Virus record (IMG/VR): IMGVR_UViG_3300028833_000066
Origin: a virus
Taxonomy: Duplodnaviria; Caudoviricetes
Direction: 5' to 3' (one strand)
Length of the DNA stretch: 64,000 nt
Under the pieces are notes generated by a model. The model was not told the origin of the DNA. It did not search any database and saw nothing but the letters and a program-made list of their open reading frames with translations. This document shows positions 28,089-42,700 of the stretch, one piece after another; position 1 is the first letter of the stretch, and each line of letters opens with the position of its first letter. Made by a program: the position numbers and the translations under genes.

Positions 28089-28532
28089 ATGGATAAAATT
28101 ACACTTAAGAACGTAAGTTCTGCAACAGTAGTTGTGAGCTTACCTGATATTCGTTTTAATCGCACTTTAGCACCCGGGCGCATCGTAACGGTAGAAAAAG
28201 ACATTTATGAAGAAATGATGTTTGATACCGGTATTCAAAATTTACTTCATGCTGGATATATCCGTTTTGATGGTGTTCCAGAAGATGAAGAAACTGTAGT
28301 TGTTGACGACGTGCTAGAGTATAAAGAAATTGAAAAAATGATTGATGATCGTGATATTACAGCATTTGCTAAGTTTATTCCTAATGCTACAATGGCAGAA
28401 AAAGAAACTGTAGTAAAGTATGCTGTAGATAGTAATGTAACTGATAATGCTTTTACCGCTCTAATTAAGAAATATTGCGGCGTAGATGTTATCAACGCAA
28501 TTGCGATTAAGCATCAAGCTGAAGAGAAGTAA
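28089..28532 (+). CDS. Virion-associated hypothetical protein
   Basis: AAGGAGG RBS, synteny. Confidence 0.7.
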   Translation: MDKITLKNVSSATVVVSLPDIRFNRTLAPGRIVTVEKDIYEEMMFDTGIQNLLHAGYIRFDGVPEDEETVVVDDVLEYKEIEKMIDDRDITAFAKFIPNATMAEKETVVKYAVDSNVTDNAFTALIKKYCGVDVINAIAIKHQAEEK

Positions 28533-28535
28533 TAA

Positions 28536-29018
28536 ATGGCTACTCCCTTTTTGAAAATATATGATGCCTTTTTGGCTAGTATTACAGCTGATGAATGGAC
28601 ACTGGAAGAGGAGTTAGCAATTGTAGAGCGGGATTGGCAAGAGCTCCTAAATAAGGCAGTGTTCCGTTTTAAATATCCTCGTGTTGATTTAACAATTGAA
28701 GAAGTTGGAGAATCTACAGAGGAAGGATTACCACCACCCAAGCAATTTAAAGGCGATTTAGGCAATGATGAAATTCAACTTTTAGCTTTATATATGAAGC
28801 ATGAGTGGGTTAAGCGTTGTGTCGCTAGTTGGGAAAATATTCGTCAGTTATATGCCGATAAAGATTTTTCACAAGCAAATCATTTAGATAAATTAAATAA
28901 ATTAGAAGCAGCCATTGCGTTAGAGATTCATAAAGCCGAAGGTATTTATGACCGCTCTCGTAATAAACGGCCAGCTGATTTATTTAAGAAGTTGGCGGGT
29001 AAAAAGAATGTCGTATGA
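28536..29018 (+). CDS. Head-tail adaptor-like protein
   Basis: Synteny; DFSQANHL motif. Confidence 0.6.
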   Translation: MATPFLKIYDAFLASITADEWTLEEELAIVERDWQELLNKAVFRFKYPRVDLTIEEVGESTEEGLPPPKQFKGDLGNDEIQLLALYMKHEWVKRCVASWENIRQLYADKDFSQANHLDKLNKLEAAIALEIHKAEGIYDRSRNKRPADLFKKLAGKKNVV

Positions 29019-29289
29019 TGTAACATTTCAGGGCTATAAGGATAAACTTAAAGGAAGACTTTATGGATTGCTTTGTGAAAAAGAAAAAGATGGAGAGTGG
29101 GAAAAATTTCTTGATTCAATTATTATTGAACTAGAAGGGCTTGGCCCAAATTCCATCAATTATTGGGCTTTAATCGGCAAGTTAAATTCATTACATCATT
29201 TATCTTATGATTACTTTCGTAAGACTATATTTGAATGTATGAATTTAATTGGCGGGCTTGAGCAGACAAGGAATCTTGAAGATGAGTAA
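29008..29289 (+). CDS. Hypothetical protein
   Basis: Start MSYDV overlaps the upstream gene end. Confidence 0.7.
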   Translation: MSYDVTFQGYKDKLKGRLYGLLCEKEKDGEWEKFLDSIIIELEGLGPNSINYWALIGKLNSLHHLSYDYFRKTIFECMNLIGGLEQTRNLEDE

Positions 29290-30508
29290 TTATTATAGCG
29301 TTTATTAGTCTAGAATAAATCATCTTGGAGAATCTACTGCTGAACGAATACGTAATGGTGGTATTAGATCATTTAATAAATGGATGGCGGAATCTCCACA
29401 TACAGTAAGGAACTTATCAGTTGAACGCGGCATTTATTTTGACGGTATTATTTTAACTAATAAGGATAAAGAATACGAAAAAATAATGTTCTTAAATGTA
29501 GCTAATGATATTCCACTCAAAGTTGGAGATATTATGAACTGGACTCTTGATGACAAGTCTATTGAAAAATGGATTATTGTACAAGAGGAGAAAAAAGTAA
29601 ATGGAACGTATAGAACGTTCTGGATAATTAGATGCAATTATCTATTAAAATGGATTGATAATAGTGGTCATTTATTACAATCTTGGGCTTATGTTGTAAG
29701 TTCTGTTGATAGTAAAATTAAAGGTAATTATAGAACTTGGAATGCTATGATAACACCATAGCCAAATAAGTATGCGGAAATTTTAATGCCTTATTATCCA
29801 ATAGACCGTGCTACTAATTTTATAGTATAGGATGAGTCTTGGCATACTATTGAATGTGATTTTACAAGTGTTCCAGGAACTATTTATATATCATTGACTG
29901 AAAACAAAGTCAATTTAATTTATGATGATTTGGATAATGATATTGCTGATGTTGATAAGCGTGCAGTATATCAAGTCGTAACGCCGCCAATTGTAGAAAA
30001 GTTTGCTATTGGTAGCCCAATTAATCCTACCTTGACCATTATAAAAAATGGTCAGCCGCTGGTATTAGATAATCTTAATTATGAATTAAGAAGCAAAAAT
30101 AATGCAGTTGCTAAAGTGATTAATGGAACATTAATGGCGATAAGCGAAGGTGAAGCAGAAATTTATATTTATTTCCCTGACTTGCCTGAAACTGAAGAAT
30201 AGAAAAATTCTTTAACTTTTACAATTGAGGTATCCGCTGAAGAGGAAGTTGTTTCGTATTATATTGAAGGCCCAGATAAAATTAGACTTAATCGTAAGGC
30301 TACATATATATTGAAGTCTTCAAGTGAAAGTGAAGCAACAAATGTAATATTTTCACTTAATAATGATTTAGCTGAAATTATTTCTAGCACTGCTAATGAA
30401 TGTATTATTGAAGCAAATGAAAGAAATGTTTTAGGTGAGTGTATACTAACAGCTAATATTAATGAATAGCAATATACAAAATCAATTCAAATCATTCCAA
30501 TATGGTAA
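29282..30508 (+). CDS. Head-closure/neck protein with Ig-like C-terminus (TAG=Gln)
   Basis: Fragments 29384 and 29894 share the frame; ends at TAA. Confidence 0.65.
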
Positions 30509-30518
30509 GGTGATATAT

Positions 30519-31046
30519 ATGGCTGAACCTTATGTTGCTGGATAGCGTCGTTTCGCTGTAATGGGGCTTAATACTTTTAAGATTGCTAATAAATTAATGA
30601 CTAATTAGCGTATTTGTCGTCTTTTAAAATATCAAACACGCAATCCATTTGTTGATATAGATCCTGTTACAAAAAAGCCGCAACCAGATGTAGACGGTGC
30701 GGACTTAATTAATAGACAATTATTAATTGTTCCTAAAATATATGATGATAGTGTAGAAAAAATGTCGTATATTGTTTCTGTATTTGATGACTTTGTAGTT
30801 AATCAATTAAATCCAGAATTTAAAACTTCAACTGTTCGTTTTGATATTGCTTGTCCATATGATGAATGGATGTTAGATGATAAGTCTTTGCGTCCATATT
30901 TAATTATGCAAGAAATTGATATTTTATTTAATGAACAGCAATTAGCGGGAATAGGCACTCTTCAATTTTGGAGAGCTGATACTTTAACATTATCACCTTG
31001 GATTGGTGGTTATTCAATGAGGTATAAAATTAATGAATTTAACTGA
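30519..31046 (+). CDS. Tail completion/terminator-like protein (TAG=Gln)
   Basis: AAGGTGA RBS; includes fragment 30762; synteny. Confidence 0.6.
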
Positions 31047-31806
31047 TAATGAAATCTTAAAGTTTCAACGCGGAACTCCTATATTTCTTGAAGATATATG
31101 TGCTATTTATCCTGCTAAACTTGGAGAAATAATAGATATTGGATATGATGAATTTTAGAAATATTTAGGAATAATAATTGCAGAAAAGCCTACTGCGAAA
31201 GGTGATAATCAAGAAATGGCTTCTTTATTAGAAAATATTACAGATTTTTAGTATTTACTTTTAATGTCATCTTTAGACAAAACAACAAATACTTTATTAA
31301 AGTCAGCTTTTAGATTTTTTACTCATGAAGAAGCAACTTTTATATTAGACCCGCCGCAAATCATAGTAGGACCAATAGAAGAAAAACACATATTAACTGA
31401 AGAAAAATTTTCTGATTTTTAGCGTATTATTAGGAGAATGTACTTCATAGAACAAGAAGGCGAAGAGATTATTATTAATCAAAACGATTCTCCCGCTACT
31501 AAAAAATTAAAGATGTAGATGCGTGCTAATAGAGAAAAAGTACGTCAGGCCAAGGCACGTAAAGCTGCACGAGAAAAATCAGATTTAAAATTTTCAGATT
31601 TACTTGGTAGTGTAACTATCAATAATTGCGGCTTAAATATGGATAATATTTGGAATATTACCTATTATGCTTTTCACGATCAACTTAAACGAATGGGTTG
31701 GCGTGATTAGTTTGATATTAATAATAGAGCCGCAATGGCCGGCGCCAAAATTAAAAAGGAGCAATTGAAGCACTGGATGCGTTCAATTGCATCAAATGAT
31801 AAATAA
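31033..31806 (+). CDS. Tail-associated protein, chaperone-like (TAG=Gln)
   Basis: Includes fragment 31519; IWNITYYAF motif. Confidence 0.6.
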
Positions 31807-31826
31807 TTATAAAGGGGGTAACTCAT

Positions 31827-32768
31827 ATGGCTGTAAATATTTTTGATAAGTATGGCATAAAAGAAGTTGCTAACGTATATTTTGAAGCTCTAGACGACGA
31901 TCCTGCCGCTGGCGTATATGCTGGTGATATCGTTCTATTCCTAGACACTTTAAAGGTTTCTACCATTGAGACAACCGCTGAGACCACTGATGCTACTGGT
32001 GGTTGGGGCAATCCTAAGCTAATTTCTTGGGACTATGGTAAGGAAATTACCGTTACCCTAGAAGATGCTCTTATGTCTCTTGAATCTCTTCGTTTCATGC
32101 TTGGTGGCGCTATTCGTCGTTCTGATAAGGATGAAACTGTTGTAGTTCGTCATACTGAGGAAGTTGTAGCTGGCAATGGCGGCGTAGTACCAAAGCCAAA
32201 GGACCATCTAACTGATAAGGAATTAACTCCTACTTATTCTCAAGGACATCCAATTCGTCTTATCAATTTAACCACTGGTGCTCGTACTCAGCTAAATAAT
32301 ACTGGCGACAAAATTGATGGCACTAAGGTTATTACTTTCCACAATCCTGCTATGATTGGTGAAACCGATGTTGATTCTAAGAAAGGCGATCACATTCGTA
32401 TTTTCTGGGAAGAGGAAGTTAAGCAGGCTACTGATGGCGAAACCGCTATTGAAGTAACTATTTCTCCTTCTACCTTCCCTGGCACCTATCGTGTAGTTGG
32501 CGATACCTTCATGCGTTCTGAGAAGACTGGTAAGGACGAGCCATTCCAGTTTGTAATTGGTAAGGCTAAGGTTCAGTCTGAGGTTACTATCACTCTAGAG
32601 GCTGAGGGCGATCCTTCTACCTTTGAAATGACTCTAACTGTATTACGTTCTACTAATGATCAGGGCCAGAATGAGATGATGAAGCTAGTCCGCTATGCTT
32701 TTGAAGATTCTGAATCTGGCGAGAGCGAAGATGACGTAGGCTCTGTCAAGACTGGTAGTGGCGGCTAA
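31827..32768 (+). CDS. Major tail (tube) protein
   Basis: GGWGNPKLISWD and EGDPSTF; no TAG; terminator at about 32785-32815. Confidence 0.8.
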   Translation: MAVNIFDKYGIKEVANVYFEALDDDPAAGVYAGDIVLFLDTLKVSTIETTAETTDATGGWGNPKLISWDYGKEITVTLEDALMSLESLRFMLGGAIRRSDKDETVVVRHTEEVVAGNGGVVPKPKDHLTDKELTPTYSQGHPIRLINLTTGARTQLNNTGDKIDGTKVITFHNPAMIGETDVDSKKGDHIRIFWEEEVKQATDGETAIEVTISPSTFPGTYRVVGDTFMRSEKTGKDEPFQFVIGKAKVQSEVTITLEAEGDPSTFEMTLTVLRSTNDQGQNEMMKLVRYAFEDSESGESEDDVGSVKTGSGG

Positions 32769-32822
32769 TATAATAGCTAATTAATTAGGGGAGCAGCAAT
32801 GCTCCCCAATTTTTTTGTATAG

Positions 32823-33728
32823 GTGATGTGTATGATGGATCAATATTTTGGCGTAAAAGAACTTTATGAAGTTGTATTGCGTGCGAAAACACCTATGAAA
32901 TTTGGCGAACGTAATATTGAAGCAGACGAACCAGTATTATATTTTGAAAATGTAACTATGTCTGTTTTAAACGAAGATAGCCGACCCATTATGGCTCGCG
33001 GCGGTTGGTCTAACTTGCCGCATGTTATATGGGAAGATAGAAATGATGTAACTTTTTAGTTACAAGAAGGTATACTTTCTAATTTAAGTATGGGTATACT
33101 TTTTAATGCTAAAGTATGCTAGCCAGAAGAAAATTAGAAATTATATGTTAATAAAAGAGAAGGGCCATTAGAAGTAGAATATCATCCGCAAACTTTAGAA
33201 GAAATTGAAAATGATATTCAGCCGCAAGCCTTTATTAGATTAGAAAAATTACCAATTTTGTATCCTGAGAAAAAAGCTTTTATTTTTGACTGGGATAGAA
33301 ATATGCCGCAAAGAAAATTATATGGTCAATTATAGCAAGAACAAGATAGTCTTGGTAATTATATAGTTGATTTATATGAAGATAAAGAACATAATCATCC
33401 GGCACAACAAGCCAAACAATGTTTAGTGGATTACTACTATGAATATGAGAATGACGCACTGATCTATTTAATATAGAAAGAGCGTTTTAATGGATTATTC
33501 ACTCTTGAGGGTAAATTTTACTCCAAGGATGAAAACGAAGGCAAAAATTATACTAATATAATTTATATGCCAAAAGTAAGAGTTGTGAGTGATATTAACT
33601 TACGCTTGGGAGAAAGGGCTAATCCAACTATGTCCGTATTCAACATTATTGGTATGCCAGAGAATATGGGCGGGAATAAGAAAGGATTAATTTTACAAAT
33701 CACTAGATTGGATAGTGATATTGAGTAA
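32823..33728 (+). CDS. Second tail-tube-like protein (TAG=Gln)
   Basis: FGVKE...ARGGWSN...IW and ANPTMSVF parallel the major tail protein. Confidence 0.65.
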
Positions 33729-33729
33729 T

Positions 33730-33770
33730 GCCGTTTCCTAAGCAATTAGGAAACGGCTCTTTTTTTATTT
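33730..33770 (+). terminator. Intrinsic terminator before the tape measure gene
   Basis: GCCGTTTCCTAA-GCAA-TTAGGAAACGGC followed by a T-run. Confidence 0.8.
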
Positions 33771-33794
33771 GGCGATAAAGGAGAGGTGAAATAT

Positions 33795-36700
33795 ATGGCG
33801 AATAATAGTTAGACTGGCGTGGTCATTGATGTTACTGCACGGATAAAAGGATATGAGGCTGATTTAAATAAGTTTAAAGCGGCAGTATAGAAAGTAGATC
33901 CTGGCAGTTCAATGGGTAAATCATTAATCAAAATGATTGATGATTATGAACGCCGCATTAATGCTATTGGGAAAAATGTATAGCCAAGATTTTTTTCAGA
34001 TAAGTAGATAGATAACTTTTTTGAAAAATTAGAAAATGTTGATAAATTAGCTGTTAATATTGGTAATAATTTAGCTAATATAAAAGTAGGAGATTTAAAT
34101 TTCTCTACAATGGAGGGCAATATATAGACAGTTATTAAGTCTATATAGGAAGCAAATGCTTAGTTAGATTTATTATCAAAAACAAATTTATAGAATATTC
34201 TTAAAGATGCTCCAGAACTCGCGGATACATTAAGTAAATTAGGTATTAATATTGATACTGCTAATTTTAAAGATGTTGAACGTATATTAACAAATGGTAT
34301 GGCTAAAGCTACTGCTTAGGCTGATGAATATAAAAATAAGATTGCAGAAGCAGAAAGTACTTTAGAGCATCTTGGAAAATAGCAAGAAGAAAGATAGAAA
34401 AATGCTCCTGATTTTCTAATAGATGATAAAGCTTATACAAAACAATTAGAAAAAATTTCGTCTATTAAAATGCCAGAAAATGTTTTTAATCCAGAAAGAG
34501 CTAAAGAGTTAATTAATTAGTTTAATAATAATTTAGCTGTGGCTTTAAAAAATTCTAGTAAAGATGGACATGTAAATGAAGCATTAAAGAGTACAGTTGA
34601 AAATTTATAGAAATAGATTACTGAAGCTTTTTCTGAAAAAAACTTTAATCCTGAGTAGTTTAGAGAAAGATTTCAACAAATTTTTGATGTTATTAGAAAT
34701 ACTAAAGGTCTAACTAAGTCTGGCGTCTTAGGAGAAGGATTTAATAGAAATACTTCTATTCGTTAGATATTAGAATAGTTTTTTGATACAAATGCTATAA
34801 ATGATGCTAAAGAAAAAGCAATGAATTTAGCAACAGAATTAAGCTAGTATTTATCTCCTGAAATGTTTATGCAAATTGGAGAGAAAATTGAGAATGGCGA
34901 TTTTGGTAAAATTGGAGAAATTATTGCTAAAGGATTAAAAGCAGCACGAGAAGCATTTGAAAAAGAAGGAAAACAAATAGAAACAAGTAAGCAAAAGACA
35001 GAACAAACACTTATTGAAAGTAAGAAAAAATTAGAAGTAGTAGAGAGTAAAAGAGCTGGCATAACCACTGCAAGCTAGCAATATGCAAGTGTTATGGAAA
35101 GTTTTCGTAACTAGATTAAATAGTTACAAGATAGAATTGCTGCTTTGGAAAAAGAACGTGATGAATAGGCTAAAGGAACGCATGACGAGGTAACTTCTGC
35201 TGGAGCTAGTGGACTTGAGCATGCTCAAGATAATTTTTAGACTGCATCTTCTGCAGCAGAAAATTATCACAAAGAATTAAATAAAATTGCTTCTGCTGAA
35301 TAGGCTTTAGGAAGCTTATAGAGTCTTTTAACTCGTTGGTTTAGTCTTTATGGCGCCATTAGAATGGTTCGTCAAGCAATTAAATCAATGGTTGCAGATA
35401 TTACTTAGTTAGATCATACAATTAATCAAATTTCTATTGTTACTAATATGAGTATGGATGAACTATGGAATTAGATTCCATAGTATACTGCAATGGCTAA
35501 ATAGTATGGTGTAGCAATTTCTGGTGTATATGAAGTTTCACAATTGTATTATCAATAGGGTTTATAGACAGTAGAAGTAACTGGACTAACGGCAGAAACA
35601 TTAAAATTAGCTAAAATTTCTGGATTAGATTATAGTACTGCTACTAACTATATGACAAATGCAGTGCGTTCATTTAAGATGGAATTAAGTGATGCAAATG
35701 TAGTTACCGATGCTTATGCAGCATTGGCGGCGGCATCTGCTTCTAGCGTAGAAGAATTAGCAACTGCTATGAGTAAAACAGCATCTTCAGCACAGGCTGT
35801 AGGTTCTACAATGCAAGAAACTGCGGCTATGATGGCTGTTATGATTGAAGCTACTCGTGAAGCTCCTGAGAATATTGGTTCTGCTATGAAGTCAATCATT
35901 TCTCGTTATGGTGAAATGAAAGCTGATCCAACGGCAATGGTCGATTCTGAAGGACAAGAAATGAGTTTGAATAAGGTTGATAAAGCCTTATAGTCTGTTG
36001 GTATTTCATTACAAGATGAACAAGGACAATTTAGATCATTCACTGAAGTTATTAATGAATTAGCCGGTGTATGGGATACTTTAAGTAATAATACACAACG
36101 TTATATTGCTACTGTTATGGCTGGTAATAGATAGCAGTCTCGTTTCTTAGCATTAGTTAGTAGCGGCGAGCGTCTATAGCAATTAACTGAAATAGCAAAT
36201 GATTCAGAAGGAACTGGACAATTATAGACTTTAAAAACATTAGATAGTATTGAAAGTAAGGCATAGCAAGCTAAAACAGCTATGCAAGAAATTTATAATT
36301 CTTAGGGATTGCAGGATATAATTAAAGGTTGGTATGATTTTGAAGCGGCTATAGGTAAATTTTATGCACGTATGAGCCAAGTTAGTAGTTTTAATTTTGC
36401 TGCGAATATTATATTGCAATTTACTTCAATTGCAACTGCTCTGTCTTCAATTTATAGAGTTATAAGAGCAGTTGTAATAAATCATTCTAGATAGGCATAG
36501 GTATAGATGACCACTGACGCTTTAGCAGAGGCTGAAAAACGAAAGGCTGGTGCAACTGATGAAGCAAATTAGAATATAGCAGAGGCATAGCGTGCTGCTA
36601 CAGGATATGGATAGGCATAGCGATAGAAAAGTACTAGCTTTTTTCTTGTGAAAGGTAGCAGTGCTGATGGAAGAAAGCTTAAAACAGGTTGGGGCTGGGG

Positions 36701-39700
36701 AAATTCTAAAGGCGCAGCAATTACAAGAACAGTAGGTGCTCTTGCAGGAGCTGGATTATCAATTGCAGGCACCGCTGTTAGTGCAAACGCGGCGAAAATG
36801 AGTGAAGATTCATAGGATGAACGAAATAAAAAAGCTTCATCAATTAGAACTGGTAGTACTTTAAGTGGAATAGGCACAGGACTTTCTATGGGCTCAGCAT
36901 TCGGTCCTTATGGGATGGCAGCTGGTGCTATTATCGGTGGATTAGTTGGATTTGCGACTTCTATAAGTAATTCTGCAGAAACTATTTTTGAAAGTACTGT
37001 CGAACGTTTAAATAAATTAAAGACAAAATATGAAGAAGCCAATAATAAAGCATTAGAGTCTAAAAGTGAATTAAATGATTTAAAGAAATTAAAATAGTCA
37101 TATGATGATTTGAAAAAGAGTCGTAATACTAATAATGAATCAATGTTAAAATATCAGGAATTATGTAATCAAATTGCATAGACACATTCCGAATTAGTTG
37201 AAGGATATACTTCTGAAGGTAATGCAATAATAAATATGACTACTGCTTATGATACATTATATGAATCTAAGCGTAGAATGTATTTATTAGATGAAAAAGA
37301 AGCTCTCGCCGCAGAATTAGCATTTACTACTGATCCTGGTAGTGTAGCTGAATCTATGAATATTAAAAAAATAGAAGCTCCTGCTTGGAGTGGATCTCTT
37401 TTAGATAGTGCAGAAAGCGATCGTAAATATGTATTAGGATAGGCGTATGAGTCTTTAATAAGAGGGATCGGAGAGGGATATACTGGTTCAGAATTAGCAA
37501 AAATAATGATAGGAAGCACTGCTCATGCATTAAAAGACGCCGTAGGACTAAAGCCAAATGAAGAAATTAATACATAGTATGCTTAGATTTTATTTGGGCA
37601 GGATATGGCGAATGAAATGTTTATTAGAGATGCTAACAATAAGGTAGTCGTTAATGATCAAGCAGCTTGGGAAGCGACAGAATTATTAGCAAAAGAAATT
37701 TAGACTTATGGAATTGAAGTAACTGCAGAAAATATAAAAGCACGAGCTAAAGACAGCAAAATATTTAATTGGGATGCATATTGGGTTGATGAAGATTTTC
37801 TTAGCAATTTTTTTGGTGCATATAATTCAAAATTAGATTCTTAGGAAATTGTTGAAAAACGCACTAATAATTAGATTGAAACTTATATCCGCGATGTTTA
37901 CGCTGATAATGACGAATATTCTGGTATTGAATTATCTATTTATTCAGAACTGTTAAAAAAACAAGCAAAAGATAAAATTGAAAATGAAAATATTGATCCT
38001 TCTATATTATTTAAGTAGATAGCAGATGGAATTTATTATGATACAGATGTATATGGTATCAGTTCTGTATTAGCAGATAGTGCAATTAAAACATTATCTA
38101 AGTCTAAAAAAGCTAATTTAACCGAATTGTGGAATAGTATTTCACAATATAATGAAGAAGAATATCAAATTATTTTAGATACATTAGGGATAGAAGATCA
38201 AGAATTATTGAATCTTATTCAAGAGCATCGTCAAAATATTATTAAGGATATTTATACGCGTTTTAAAGATGCTATGTCAGAAAATGCAATTTTAAATAAA
38301 GACTAGATTAATATTTGGAAAGACGGTTTTACTCCTGAATAGCTTAATAATATTACAGCTGAATATACTGATTTAGAAAATAATGCAGCATTGTCAGCTA
38401 AGGATAAAGTAGATTATTTGAATGCTTGGAATACTTTATATGATAATTTTATAAATACTAATTTTGCTTCAAGTAAATAGAAAGAATAGATTGCTAATAT
38501 TTTAACTTCAACTGATAAAACAAGTTTTTCTGATATTACTAATGCAATCGAAGAACTTTAGAAAATAGGTGCTCCTGAAGCTTTACCAATAATTTAGGAT
38601 TTATCATATATACAAAGTCATTTAAATATTAATATTCCATCAGAAGTAAACACTTATTTTTCTACTTTAAGTGAAAAAATTAAAACATTAGAAAGTACTT
38701 TAAAGACAGCCTTAGATGGTATGAATTTAAATGAAATATTGTCTTAGGCATAGCAATTAGATATAGATTTTACAAATGATAATATTGAGTTTAAAGATGG
38801 TAAATACTATTTTAAAGATTATAATATTGTATTAAAGAGTATTCAAGACTCTATATATAAAGATATTGATTTTATTTTTAAAGGTGCTGATAAGGCTTTA
38901 GAATTATTAAAAAGTAATGGTAATGGATTATTATCACTTAATAGTGATTTTATGTATAATGGCTTTAATTTACAAGAAACGATTAAACATTATGCACCAG
39001 AAATAAGTGAAGGTAATAGTTGGAAAGATATTTTAGGAGCATAGAATGAAGAACTTGGTTAGTCATTAGATTATCTTTAGAATTTTTATGATAATATTAA
39101 AGATAAAAGTGATATTGGATCTTTTTATACCTGGATTAATGATTCTGAAAAAATGTGGAATAGCATTTTTTCTAATGTTGATATAGATGCATAGACTGAT
39201 GCAGTTGCCGCGATGTTTGGTTTACCTAATAAAGATGAGGCGACACAATTACGCGATGATTTAAATACTTTATATGTTGAATATACTAATGCTAAAACAA
39301 AAGAAGGTTTTAATGATTAGGGATTTATTGAATATGCCAAAATAGCATTAGCAAGTTATTCTGAATAGTGGGATTGGATTTAGAATGAAATAGATAAATA
39401 TACTGCGGGAATGTTTATTACTGCAAATAAGTTAGAAGAATGGTGGGATAATAATACATTCTTAAAAGATATAGAAATGGGAGATACCAGAGCCGGTATT
39501 CTAAAAGCTTTACGTTTAGGAGATTTCCAAAGAGTAAAAGAGATGTTAGAAAGTTCTGGTGATGAAGAAATTTATGAAGAATTACTTAAATATGTTGACT
39601 ATTTTTATGAAAATTCTTAGAATTTACTTAAAGAATCTACTTCTCTATTCGCCGCAGCGATTACTGATGGAAAACAGAAAATAAAAATTAATGAATGGAA

Positions 39701-42700
39701 TCGTGATATTTTAACTGGTTTTGCAAAAACTTTGTCAGGAGAAGATATTACAGAAGCAACCGCTGAAGCATATTTAGATTTAACAGAAGCTAGTGAAGAA
39801 GAGCTACAAAAATTTTTAGAAAGAGTACAGTCTTCTAATTTAAAAGGAAAAGAACGTATAGATACTATTGTAGCAGTTTAGAAAGCTATTAGTGAAAGAA
39901 GTCTTGCCAATGTTTTAAATAATGTTGTGGATAATTATGAATCTTTAACTTATGAAGTTGTTGTTTCTTTAGCAAAAGGTTTTAATACCACTATTGAAGC
40001 TTTAGAAGAAGCGGGGAATATTACTTATGATATTGCTCTTGGCACTTATAAAGTTAATGCTGAATGGTTACGTAGTTAGATTACTAATAAAGATCCATTA
40101 AAATACTAGAAGCAATTAGCTAAATTAGATGAACATACTCAAGAATTGTCATTAACTAATATAGTTGGAGATATAATAAAAAATTATTAGTCAATTACCG
40201 CAGAAATAATGGCAAGGTTAGGAGAATAGACTGGACAGAACTATGAAGCATTAGCAGAAACTTTTAATATTGAAAAAAATGATGACGGTACATTTAAAGC
40301 TTCATTAAAAGAATTACAAAATTTAATTAAATTTAGTTATGATGCTATAAGAAAAGAAGTACCTCTATCTATTTAGAAAAAATTAAATGAACTTTATGAT
40401 AATATTATTTCAGAAGTTACTAATCTTCCAGGATCTTTTACTAATGGTTTTACTAAAACAACTGATATGTAGAGATATGTAGATATGCTTAATGATAGTG
40501 GCTTATTTAATACGGTTTTTACCATGTTTGGTGAAAATGGAATATTTAAATGGTCAGAAAGTTTAAATGCTTATATATATTCTACTACTGGTTTATTAGC
40601 ATAGGTTAGCTATTTTTATGAAAATTTGAAAAATATGTCTGAAGATCAAAAAATTGCGGCTTAGTAGCTATTATAGAATAGTGTAAAAACCTTTGCTGAA
40701 AATGTAGATATTATTGAATATTTATCTTCGGATAGAACTGAATTAGATTGGGAAAAGTTAAATACTGCTTATGATAGTTATATAGAATATATTGGAGCTT
40801 TAAATACAGCAATTAATGATTAGATTAATGATTTAAAAGATGAAATAACGAATGTTGATTATTATGCTAAAGTTGAAAATAAACGTATTAATGTCGCAGA
40901 TAATTTACAAAAAATACAACAATTAGAGTCACAATTAATTAATATTCCTAATTATACAGCTGAATAGTTAAAAACGTTAATAGAAGATGGTAATACAGCG
41001 GCAGTATTATTAGTTTCAAATTTATATAAAACTGCGGGTAAAAATTTATCTCTTGCTGACATGAAAGCGGTTTATCGTTCCGGCATAACTCATCTTACTG
41101 AATCAGTTTCTGAATAGCTTACTGCTACTGTTAATGATTTAGTTGATGAATAGACTTATAATATATTAAAAAATATTGAAGGATATTCATTTGATAAGAC
41201 TTTAGCCGATGAGGGCATTTATCTTATTACTTAGATGGGCAAGGTCGCCGATGCGTATAAGGCATATTATGAAAAATTAATTAATTCTGGAGAAGCTACA
41301 TTAAAAGAAATTAATGAAGCTGCTGTTAAAGTTTTAGAAAATAGTGATCAATGGGGTCGTGGAGAACAGGCTGCGATTGATATACTATCTAAAGCTACTG
41401 GCATTACTTATTAGGAACTTGCTGAATTCTTTACATCTATAGGATGGGAATTTAGTGAAGCTACTATGGAGACTCTTAAAGAAGCGGGTATATTGAAAGC
41501 TATAGGTGGCAATAAAATTGCTATTACTAATTGGAAAGAGTTTGCAAAAATAGCTGGATATGATTTTGGATCATCTGAATATGTTGCTGGATTGAGTGCT
41601 TATAATGATGCTTTAATTTAGATGAATGAAGCGACTAAAAATGCTGTTGATAATGAACTTAAAAATTTAATAGAAATTAAACCTGGAAAATAGTTAAATT
41701 TAACATATCTTTTAAGTAATATTATTAATGAAGAAAAAATAAAAAATGATTTATATGAACGGTATTCATCTTTTAGCGAAGAAGCAATTGAAGCTATGGC
41801 TGATAATACTAAAAATAAAGCTTTTAAGTTATTAGAAGAAGAATTATTAAAATATGGAGCATATTTACAAGACGGTATATTAAATATTACCGACAATGCT
41901 AATATTTATGGTATAATTTAGACTATTACTATCACTGCTTAGCAATATGAAAGTATTTTGCCAGAACAGTTAGCTGAATTGCAAGATGCATTAGTATCTA
42001 TTTTAAGCAATTATACAGATTTAATTAAAAAAGGTATTTCTGGTAGTTTATCTAATGTAGATAAATTAAATTTAGCCGAGTTTGCTAAATCTTTTGGTTT
42101 TAAAGGTACATTATAGTTTATGCCTACTTCTGAAGGGGCATAGCTAACTGAACAATCATTATATTAGATTTATAAAACAGTACAAAATGTAAATGCTTTA
42201 GCGGCAAAAACTATATTTGATGAATGGGCTAAGAATATTTAGAGTGCTAATAGTGAAATGAAAACTATGGCTGGCGTATTGCAAAAAATACGTGAACTAG
42301 AAAATAGTAAAGTTGAAGCTATAAAAGAACAAGCGGAATTATATAAAGAAATGGCTCGCTATATGCAATTAAATTAGCCTGAATCATATAAAATGTTTGA
42401 GTCGGGTAATGCATATAGTGGAGTACAAGGATTTACTAATTTTATTAGTTAGTTTGGGCCTCTTAATAAAACTTTAAATGAGGCTGGCAAAAATGGATAC
42501 ATGGAATGGACCGATTTTGAAACTTGGGCTCGTGGTATGACCGAGATGGCAAAATCAGTAGGACATGATATAGTATCTTGTGGTATTACATTTGATGAAG
42601 CTGGATAGACATATGCTGATTTAATGGAAAAGGCTTCAATTTCATTTACTGAAGATGGAAAAACAATTGTTGATATTTCTGCTAATAGTGGAATTCAATT

